A DNA stretch of 41,811 nucleotides from Chitinophagales bacterium. Its GTDB lineage: Bacteria; Bacteroidota; Bacteroidia; Chitinophagales; BACL12. The stretch lies in the NCBI GenBank assembly GCA_038223395.1, contig JBBRGZ010000002.1, positions 1-41,811 of the forward strand. Reading direction: 5' to 3'. Shown here piece after piece: positions 20,307 through 27,925 of the stretch (positions are counted from its first letter, which is position 1; each line of letters starts with the position of its first letter). The translations under genes were made by a program, and so were the position numbers. Below the pieces are notes generated by a model. It made no database searches, was not told the DNA's origin, and saw only the letters and a list, made by a program, of their open reading frames with translations.

Positions 20307-21383
20307 GTGAGAGAAGTAAACACAATCGATGTGGTGAGGATTTTTGGTTACAATCCCGGCGGTATGTTAACAGTGGGGAGAACTTGGAGTGTTGGAAGTG
20401 AATATAGGTATGGATTTAATGGGAAAGAAGATGATTCGGAAACCTACGGTGGTGGAAATATTTATGATTATGGATTTAGGATATATAATCCTAGATTAGG
20501 GAAGTTTTTAAGTGTTGATCCAATAGCAAAAAATTATGGGATGTTAACACCATATCAATTTGCGCATAATCAACCTATTTGGGCCATAGATTTAGATGGC
20601 CTGGAAGCGGAAATATCCACAGAAAAAAATACGTATTTTATTGTACTAAAAAACGTTGATTTTTCCATAATTTTGAGAAAGTCTAATGAATATTTTACTG
20701 CATCCTTAAGAAATTTTTCAAATTCAACCGATTTTTCAATCAACGCACAATTGTATGATTACGCAGATAAGTGGGACTACATTAAGGCAACTACACCTCA
20801 ACCCGTGACTGATTATACTCCACAAGGATATAGTGTGAGTGATGGAAAAAGGATTGCGGGAAGATCATCTTCACAAACATTTTATTTTGCGGAAAATAGT
20901 GTAGGAGTTCAATATAGCTTTGGCAAAGGGGATGTACCTGCTGGTTCCTGTTTTGGTATCGGTGGAGGTACTCCTATAATCATTAATGGTTTGAAGTATG
21001 GTGAAAGCAATGTTTACACTGCAGATGCACCAAAGGGTTTACCACTAGTGGGCCCTCCTGGTGCAGAAAATGAAAAATATTTATTGCAACGCAGCAATGG
21101 AGTTTATACTGACCAAAACAATTCCGCTGTCGGGAAAACCATCCTAGGATATAATTCTAAATCTGGAACATGGATTTTGGTGTCCCAACAGAACGGGAAG
21201 GAAGGTTACTCACTTGATCAAATACGAGATAAATTAGCCAGTATGGGTTATGATAATGTTATAGGATTTGATGGGTCTACGTCCTCAACCTTAGCTAAAG
21301 ATGGAAAGATTTTAGTTAGCCCGGATACCAGAAAGAATAGCACTATACCGGCAGGTTTAAATATTTCAGTACCAAGTAAATAA
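20307..21383 (+). CDS. Orphan RHS-core toxin cassette: RHS repeat-associated core plus a variable C-terminal domain resembling phosphodiester glycosidase (DUF2233/NAGPA-like)
   Basis: The sequence YNPGGMLTVGRTWSVGSEYRYGFNGKEDDSETYGGGNIYDYGFRIYNPRLGKFLSVDP...PYQFAHNQPIWAIDLDGLE is the RHS-associated core. An in-frame stop lies immediately upstream (20301), and only a GTG start is available. The C-terminus contains GKTILGYN...WILVSQQNGKEGYSLDQI...MGYDNVIGFDGSTSSTL. Confidence 0.75.
   Translation: MREVNTIDVVRIFGYNPGGMLTVGRTWSVGSEYRYGFNGKEDDSETYGGGNIYDYGFRIYNPRLGKFLSVDPIAKNYGMLTPYQFAHNQPIWAIDLDGLEAEISTEKNTYFIVLKNVDFSIILRKSNEYFTASLRNFSNSTDFSINAQLYDYADKWDYIKATTPQPVTDYTPQGYSVSDGKRIAGRSSSQTFYFAENSVGVQYSFGKGDVPAGSCFGIGGGTPIIINGLKYGESNVYTADAPKGLPLVGPPGAENEKYLLQRSNGVYTDQNNSAVGKTILGYNSKSGTWILVSQQNGKEGYSLDQIRDKLASMGYDNVIGFDGSTSSTLAKDGKILVSPDTRKNSTIPAGLNISVPSK
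20348..20510 (+). repeat. Arm 1 of a 163-bp inverted repeat (RHS-core coding sequence)
   Basis: Matches the reverse complement of 24029-24191 with 9 mismatches by my count. Five of these fall in the last ~147 bp. Confidence 0.9.
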
Positions 21384-21394
21384 AATTATTCATT

Positions 21395-21928
21395 GTGAGA
21401 AAAATCGTTTTAATAATAGGTTTTACAATTGGAACAATTATGCTGGTTCTTACTGTTATTGGAGTAAGTAGCATTTCACGTGTTTTATACTCAAATTCGA
21501 GCGCGTCATATTTAACCCAAATATCGCAAATAAATATCATTTGTTCCATGCTATTTTTAATTTTGTATTTAGTAGGGTTGTTTCTTTACGGAAGAAAGCA
21601 AAAGATTCTTCATAGAATCATTCTGTTGTTTTCATTTATATTTTGGGTTTTAAGTGGAAGAACCGTTGGGCTAACTTATTTTCCTAATGGTGAAGTAATA
21701 TCAGGCTATTATTATTTGACATTTGATAAATTCGAAATTTCAAAAACTAGTCAAGATTATGAAAAAATAATTTCAATTGAAACAGAGATTAATGTATTGC
21801 CTCTTTGGCGAATAAATATAAAGAATGAAAATATTAATAGGACAATTTTTTTAGGGCCTTTTGTGTGGAATAGCGCTTCTAAAATACTAATGGATAAAAT
21901 TGGTAAATATCATCTTTCGAGTATTTAG
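21395..21928 (+). CDS. Small membrane protein, candidate immunity protein for the 20307 toxin
   Basis: Lies immediately downstream (11 nt) of the toxin cassette. Three predicted TM helices plus a soluble tail. GTG start, so the start position is uncertain. No recognisable family. Confidence 0.45.
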   Translation: MRKIVLIIGFTIGTIMLVLTVIGVSSISRVLYSNSSASYLTQISQINIICSMLFLILYLVGLFLYGRKQKILHRIILLFSFIFWVLSGRTVGLTYFPNGEVISGYYYLTFDKFEISKTSQDYEKIISIETEINVLPLWRINIKNENINRTIFLGPFVWNSASKILMDKIGKYHLSSI

Positions 21929-22269
21929 CAATCACCCTAAGTTTATTATGTGGTAAATGATATGCAACCTTACTAGAAATTCCGCATAAGCAAACCCCAC
22001 TTCTGCGCTACAAACTGACCTGCATAGAAGGAATTTAAAATGCCTTTAAAAGTCTTTCATAATAATGGTTAGCTTCAAAAATTCCAAATAGTTAACATAG
22101 GTCTCATATTTAAGGAAAATAGGGTCTGAACTTGCGAAAATTCCATTAGCATCCACCAACACTGGAACCTCGATTTTTACTTCTTCTGACAGGCAGAGAT
22201 TTGCGTTGTTGTAAGGGTTTATCTCGTTTTCTTTCCCCGCCAAATAAATAAGTACGTATAAGGATTCAT

Positions 22270-22953
22270 TTAATCTTTTGAAATATAGAAATATTTAAGT
22301 GCAATTTTATTTAATTCCATAGAAGGGATATTTAATTCAATTTCCTCGTTAGTCAAGTTTCGAAGAAAGAAGGTTTCACCATCCTGCCACAAATAAACAC
22401 CAGCGCTTCTAATTTCCACTTTACCAGAATCCCCACAACATGATTCATTTATTTCGCTTATCCATTTATAGGTAATAGTCCCATCGGGTTGCCATTCCTT
22501 AAACTTTTTATAAGCCAAAACTTTTCCATGATCATATGAGATTTTGGTTATAGTATCTCCATTTTGGTCATATGATTCAAAGACTCCATTATAAAGATCA
22601 TTTTCATAGGTGCACTTAATAGATATTTTCCCATTAGACCAAAATTTAATAAACTCCCCATTTCTTTTTCCCTGTGAAAAATATGCGACTTTTATTAAAG
22701 TATTAATGCCGCCATAAAAAAACCACTGTCCTTCTTCTAAGCAGTTTTTAAGATTACCTTGTTGTAATAAATTTCCATCGATACTATAAGTAATATTAAA
22801 GCAATTACAATTAATCGGCAAAGTGTCAGTTAAATTTGAAAATGTTATACAAGTATCAATTATTTGTTTACGGTTATTTAAGGAATCTGTATTGCCAAGC
22901 AAGAAATGTCCTGGGTCAAATATTAATCCTAACACAATCCAAAGCATCTTCAT
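22270..22953 (-). CDS. MORN-variant repeat protein (YwqK-family antitoxin/immunity-like), with signal peptide
   Basis: Repeats of the type GEFIKFWSNGKISIKCTYENDLYNGVFESYDQNGD. It is the last gene of the minus-strand toxin operon. Confidence 0.6.
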   Translation of the reverse strand: MKMLWIVLGLIFDPGHFLLGNTDSLNNRKQIIDTCITFSNLTDTLPINCNCFNITYSIDGNLLQQGNLKNCLEEGQWFFYGGINTLIKVAYFSQGKRNGEFIKFWSNGKISIKCTYENDLYNGVFESYDQNGDTITKISYDHGKVLAYKKFKEWQPDGTITYKWISEINESCCGDSGKVEIRSAGVYLWQDGETFFLRNLTNEEIELNIPSMELNKIALKYFYISKD

Positions 22954-22955
22954 AT

Positions 22956-23249
22956 TTAATGTTTTAAATTTCTATCTTTTTTGATTACATAACAAAAATG
23001 AAATATCATAATATAAGTAATTAAAAAAGCAACCAACTCAATAAAACAAATAATATAGAAAGCTAAATCATCTGTGAAATAGGAAAACATAAAAGCAAGA
23101 TTTGCTGGCATACCCAATATTTTAAGTATAATATAATCTGATTTAAGATTTTGATTGGCTATAATTGCTATAAATGAAATACTAAGTGTTAAAATACTAC
23201 ATATAATACTTCTCAATAATATTCTTGATTGTTGTTTGAATAATTTCAT
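22956..23249 (-). CDS. Small three-TM membrane protein, candidate immunity protein
   Basis: Overlaps the stop codon of the upstream toxin gene by 4 nt. 97 aa, very hydrophobic. Confidence 0.5.
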   Translation of the reverse strand: MKLFKQQSRILLRSIICSILTLSISFIAIIANQNLKSDYIILKILGMPANLAFMFSYFTDDLAFYIICFIELVAFLITYIMIFHFCYVIKKDRNLKH

Positions 23250-24244
23250 TCACCGTCTTGATTCTTTTTGGCATTATATTCTGCTATTCTAACTTCTTTT
23301 ATAAAAATAAGCGCTTTAACATTTATTTCCATCTTTTTTGCCTGTGCAATTGCATCAGAGCTAGGTTTTTTTCCAGTATACAAATCGGTATAGTTATCCC
23401 AAGTTACATATTCTAAATAATCTTGAATGTCGGAAAGTAATTTTCTATCAGCTTCAATTGTTCTAACATCAGTAATAAAAGCTGGTAAAATTCCCTTTGA
23501 ACCTTCATACCCTTCACCATATCCATCAAAATCATATGCTTTATCATGTTGCATTGCAATCATATCTACTTCATCGATCGGAAACAAGGAATAATCGTAA
23601 TCATTAACTCCCTTTTCATGTTTAAATTTAGGGCCCCATTGGGTAGGGCATCCTGAACCAGAATAAATTCCATATTCTAAATACCCATCTGATCTATCAT
23701 AAAATTCATAATCTACAGACTGTTGTTCCCAATTCTCATTAATGGTAATATAAGAATAGGAAATACCTTCACCTTCATCACCAAAACTCACAGAATGTTT
23801 TGCATAAAATTCATCTGGTGTCATATTATGGGCAAGTTTAATTTGTTCGGCTGTAAGATTCCGAAAATCATCAGCCATAAATTTTGCAATGACTTCACCT
23901 TTTTGATTTAGGTATACAGTGTAATGAACATATTCTAAGCCTTCAACATCAATTCCATCTATTACTCGATTTTGAGCAAAACTATACGGACTATTCCAGG
24001 GATAATTTTTGCTGAGAGGGTCGACAGATAAAAACTTCCCTAATCTAGGATTATATATCCTAAATCCATAATCATAAATATTTCCATCACCGTAGGTTTC
24101 CGAATCATCTTCTTTGCCATTAAATCCATACCTATACTCACTTCCAACACTCCAAGTCCTCCCCACAGTTAACATCCCAAAGGGATTGTAACTAAATGTT
24201 CGATTTTTCCAGTAAAATGTATGCAGTTTTCTCTCTTGATACAT
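23246..24244 (-). CDS. Orphan RHS-core toxin cassette with a phospholipase A2-like C-terminal domain
   Basis: RHS core SYNPFGMLTVGRTW...YDYGFRIYNPRLGKFLSVDP...IDGIDVEGLE. The C-terminus has YSGSG (a YxGxG Ca-loop-like motif), PIDEVDMIAMQHDKAYD, and a downstream IEAD. The track ORF extends to a TTG at 24313; the first ATG is at 24244. Confidence 0.75.
   Translation of the reverse strand: MYQERKLHTFYWKNRTFSYNPFGMLTVGRTWSVGSEYRYGFNGKEDDSETYGDGNIYDYGFRIYNPRLGKFLSVDPLSKNYPWNSPYSFAQNRVIDGIDVEGLEYVHYTVYLNQKGEVIAKFMADDFRNLTAEQIKLAHNMTPDEFYAKHSVSFGDEGEGISYSYITINENWEQQSVDYEFYDRSDGYLEYGIYSGSGCPTQWGPKFKHEKGVNDYDYSLFPIDEVDMIAMQHDKAYDFDGYGEGYEGSKGILPAFITDVRTIEADRKLLSDIQDYLEYVTWDNYTDLYTGKKPSSDAIAQAKKMEINVKALIFIKEVRIAEYNAKKNQDGE
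24029..24191 (-). repeat. Arm 2 of the 163-bp inverted repeat (RHS-core coding sequence)
   Basis: Reverse complement of 20348-20510, about 94% identical. Confidence 0.9.
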
Positions 24245-24649
24245 TGTAAAATTTAAGTAGACTTTTAATATTTGGTTCGGTAAATATAAAAATAGGAAAT
24301 CATAAAACAACAAATATTTCCCTTAAGCAATCCATTTATGCTTACCTCAACAGTTCAAATTGACCCTCAAATTATTTAATTTGATTATTCTATTTTACCT
24401 CGATTGTTTTTATTGTTTTCGATATCGTACAATTATGACACTACAACTATAAATAACTCAACCGCCTAAACAATCTGCAATTAATATTAGCCCATTAAAA
24501 ATACAAATTTTTACCCCTACAACCAAAATTGCTTACCGTTCAATAATCCATTCAACCTTTCACACATCCAAAACAACCACTTAAACATTTACGCATAATT
24601 TAATAATGATTAATGCTTGTTTTGTCCTCATAAACTAAAAAAATATTCT

Positions 24650-26953
24650 ATGAAAAACTCAATTACTTTAAAATCGATGCTTATTCTCTTTTTTTTAACC
24701 ATTACGGAGGTTATTGCATTCGGACAAGCAAATGTCAATCTTTCTAACCTTTCAGCTACCTCAATTAACCAGAACTTATTGCCGGCAGCAAATAATAATA
24801 AAAACCTAGGTTCCATCGGAAAATCTTGGAAAGATATTTATTTAGATGGCAATGTTTCGCTTGATGATGTTATTTTTATGACCAATAGAAATATTGCAAC
24901 TTGTACTTTTTTAGGAGGTTTGGCAGGAAATTCAACTGTTGGCTTAAATAATACGGGTGTTGGTTATCAATCGCTTTTTGCAAATACTTTTGGCAACGAC
25001 AATACTGCAATTGGTATTCAATCGTTATTTTCAAATATTTCGGGAAGTTATAATAGTGCTTCGGGACGACTTGCATTGTATTCAAATACCTCTGGAAGTT
25101 TTAATACCGGAATGGGCACAAATGCATTATATGCGAACACTACGGGCAACAATAATACAGGAAGTGGTTATCAATCGTTAAATTGGAATACAACCGGAAG
25201 CTATAATACAGCGATAGGTTTGCAATCGTTATTTAATAATACAACTGCTTCCTATAATGTGGCTGTTGGTCATAAAACTTTATTCTCAAATACTACGGGC
25301 GAATTTAACACCGCTGCTGGCGAAGAAGCCCTTTATTCGAATTCCACAGGTAATGACAATTCTGCTTTTGGATATAAATCTCTTTATTTAAATAGCACTG
25401 GATATTCAAATTCTGCTTTTGGAAATCAGGCCTTAATTTCTAATACTACCGGATATTATAATAATGCAAATGGAAATTCAGCGTTGTATTCTAATATTAA
25501 TGGTTTTCAAAATACAGCAAACGGAAACTTTGCGTTATATTCCAATACATCTGGTTTCTGGAATACTGGTACTGGTTATCAATCGCTTTATTCAAATACA
25601 ACTGGTGAAGCTAATACTGCTTACGGTTATCAAACTTTATATTCCAACACCATAGGATATAATAATACTTCAATAGGTTTATGGACATTATTCAGTAACC
25701 AAAGTGGATATTCAAATACATCGATTGGGAATGATGCAATGATGGCTAATACAACAGGATACGAAAATACTGCAGTTGGTACTGATGCTTTGGCGTCTAA
25801 TGTTTCAGGGTTTTATAATACAGCCATTGGTAATGAATCGATGCTTTTCTCTACAGCAAGTGCTCAAAATACTGCTATAGGATATCGTAGTCTTTGGAGT
25901 GGAGGTAGTGCATATAATACAGCATGTGGCAGCGAAGCATTATATAACACAACAAGTGGACTTAATACAGCAACCGGTTATCAATGCCTTAGGAATAATA
26001 CATCCGGAGGTTATAATACAGGAGCTGGATTTGCAACAATGTTCACCAATGGATCTGGAAGTTATAACACAGGTTTAGGTAGTTATGTAGATGTTACCGC
26101 AGCAAATTTTACAAATGCAACTGCATTGGGTTATCTTGCAATTGTTGATGCAAGTAATAAAGTACGCATTGGAAATACCTCTGTAACCAGCATTGGCGGT
26201 CAGGTTTCATGGACTTCATTTAGCGATGCCCGGGTAAAAGATAATGTAAAGGAAAATATTCCTGGATTAGAATTTATTAATGCATTAAGACCTGTAACTT
26301 TTCATTATAATGTTGCTAAAGAAGACGCACTGTTAGGAACAAAAGATACAATACAAGCGGAAGGAAAATATAATATTGAAAAAATGCAATTCAGTGGATT
26401 CCTAGCCCAAGAAGTTGACGCAGCAGCTAGTAATATTGATTACGATTTTAGTGGGGTTGACAAAAGTGGTGAAATTATGGGTTTAAGATATTCTGAATTT
26501 GTTGTGCCTTTGGTAAAAGCAGTACAGGAATTAGACGCATTAAACAAATCAAAAGATGTAATAATCGAAGATTTGCAAGCTGAAAATGAAGATATAAAAA
26601 TGCGTTTGGAGAAATTGGAAAGTGTAATATTAAACAACACTTCAACATCAGAAAATATATCCAATAAAAATGTTATTCTTAATTCAACCAATCAATCAGC
26701 CTTACTCGAACAAAATATTCCAAACCCATTTAATGGAATAACGAAAATAAAATATTTTGTTCCGGAAAATTATAACTCAGCTCAAATTAGAATTCAAAAT
26801 ATGAATGGCGTTGTATTAGAATTAATAAATATTGAAGCGGGTTCCGGCTTTATCAACTTAGACGCAAATGAAATTCCATCAGGAAGTTATTCATATTCAT
26901 TAATAGTTGATGGAAAAATAATGGACACAAAAAGCATGTTATTAACGAAGTAA
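24650..26953 (+). CDS. Fibre-like surface protein: signal peptide, ~22 YadA-head-like 17-aa repeats, S74-type intramolecular chaperone domain, coiled coil, T9SS CTD
   Basis: I prefer the ATG at 24650 (MKNSITLKSMLILFF...) over the track start at 24617. Repeats follow NT..G..SL.SNT.G.. . The segment VRIGNTSVTSIGGQVSWTSFSDARVKDNVKENIPGLEFINALRPVTFHYN resembles the endosialidase-chaperone (peptidase S74) domain. The C-terminus LEQNIPNPFNG...SGSYSYSLIVDG fits a T9SS CTD. Confidence 0.85.
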   Translation: MKNSITLKSMLILFFLTITEVIAFGQANVNLSNLSATSINQNLLPAANNNKNLGSIGKSWKDIYLDGNVSLDDVIFMTNRNIATCTFLGGLAGNSTVGLNNTGVGYQSLFANTFGNDNTAIGIQSLFSNISGSYNSASGRLALYSNTSGSFNTGMGTNALYANTTGNNNTGSGYQSLNWNTTGSYNTAIGLQSLFNNTTASYNVAVGHKTLFSNTTGEFNTAAGEEALYSNSTGNDNSAFGYKSLYLNSTGYSNSAFGNQALISNTTGYYNNANGNSALYSNINGFQNTANGNFALYSNTSGFWNTGTGYQSLYSNTTGEANTAYGYQTLYSNTIGYNNTSIGLWTLFSNQSGYSNTSIGNDAMMANTTGYENTAVGTDALASNVSGFYNTAIGNESMLFSTASAQNTAIGYRSLWSGGSAYNTACGSEALYNTTSGLNTATGYQCLRNNTSGGYNTGAGFATMFTNGSGSYNTGLGSYVDVTAANFTNATALGYLAIVDASNKVRIGNTSVTSIGGQVSWTSFSDARVKDNVKENIPGLEFINALRPVTFHYNVAKEDALLGTKDTIQAEGKYNIEKMQFSGFLAQEVDAAASNIDYDFSGVDKSGEIMGLRYSEFVVPLVKAVQELDALNKSKDVIIEDLQAENEDIKMRLEKLESVILNNTSTSENISNKNVILNSTNQSALLEQNIPNPFNGITKIKYFVPENYNSAQIRIQNMNGVVLELINIEAGSGFINLDANEIPSGSYSYSLIVDGKIMDTKSMLLTK
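24947..26090 (+). repeat. Intragenic 51-bp (17-aa) periodic repeat array
   Basis: About 22 consecutive units, for example NTAIGIQSLFSNISGSY / NSASGRLALYSNTSGSF / NTGMGTNALYANTTGNN. Confidence 0.85.
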
Positions 26954-27453
26954 TACTTACTATAGTAAATACAATATCCATGTAAACAGACACAAGAATA
27001 TAATATTATGAAAATTGTTGATTTGGTAATTTTACATTATTAAATCGACAATTTTTTATTTACATACAGTTTTAAGGCAACTAGTCTAACGTTTGATATG
27101 GTTAATACTTAAACCAAATATTAATAATCTGGTTAAAAAATTGAATATTATACTTTAACAAAAATTCCTAATTATGATTTAGTTATTATGACGAGGAAAG
27201 GACGGTTAAATCTACAATACCAGAAAAATAGACCCAAATTCTTATTTTCCAGCAAATTGACTTCCTTAATCCAACTCCCAAAACAGTTCAAAAAGATCTT
27301 GAAAAAATCAATGAATTAAATTAGGGGTGCTATTTCCCCTTCAGTTTTATATTGAATGAGAAGTACACATCGCTTCTATTTTAATGCGATTGGATTTTGA
27401 TTCGTTGTGTTGTTAATGGAAGAGAGGATTTGAAAACTGAAGTTGAATAAAAT

Positions 27454-27665
27454 ATGAAATATTCAATCTGGTTGTTGCGTGTTTCATGTTTATTCTAAAA
27501 TCAATATTTAGTCAAGAACCTATATCACCCATGTTTATAATTAAGTCATGTAATGGTAACAGCATTGATTATAAATATAATTCTGGCCATAAATTAAAAA
27601 ACAAGTAAAAATACTATTCGTAATATTTATAAGGGCATTGACCTTGCATTTAGATTTGGTTCAAG
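27454..27665 (+). pseudogene. Decayed N-terminal fragment of a LytS-type sensor kinase, paralogous to 30260-30510
   Basis: Nucleotide alignment by eye of 27475-27660 with 30324-30508 gives roughly 70% identity. The paralogous reading frame is interrupted by in-frame stops (gaa to taa) and a 1-nt insertion. Confidence 0.7.
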
Positions 27666-27744
27666 GGCTTCCTTGCAATTAATATTCTTCCTGCTTCGGA
27701 ATCGTATCAACGCAAAACTACATCCTAAAATTATTGAGCCTATT

Positions 27745-27774
27745 ACCGTTCGTACACTCGTACGTGCTTTTCAA
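27745..27774 (+). promoter_or_regulatory. Candidate LytTR box A: ACCGTTCGT-N12-GCTTTTCAA
   Basis: The first 9-mer fits every position of the LytTR consensus [TA][AC][CA]GTTN[AG][TG]; the second half-site is weak. It lies 181 nt upstream of the 27926 ATG. Confidence 0.4.
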
Positions 27775-27925
27775 ATATTCAAGATAACCTTACAAATAAT
27801 TAGAAATAAATAACAGAAAGTAAGTAATTTCTTTGTAATAATGAGAAAACTAAATATTTTTAATGAAAAATCCATTTATAATTCTTAATTAAAATAAATA
27901 ATTTAATCACTTAAAATTTAAAAAA

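Noticed and set aside
20153-20401. An 82-aa ORF upstream of, and overlapping, the plus-strand RHS cassette.
   Set aside because: It overlaps the RHS-core frame, has a Lys-rich low-complexity translation, and shows no family signal.
22046-22243. A 65-aa minus-strand ORF between the two toxin/immunity operons.
   Set aside because: It has only a TTG start and no TM or recognisable motif, and it is isolated from the operon by 26 nt. It may be a remnant of another immunity gene, but I cannot support that.
27187-27318. A small basic ORF (MTRKGRLNLQYQKNRPKF...) that could be an integrase or transposase remnant marking an island border.
   Set aside because: It has no integrase motifs. The weak similarity to the LytTR C-terminus of the neighbouring regulator is a more economical explanation, because the kinase remnant follows directly.
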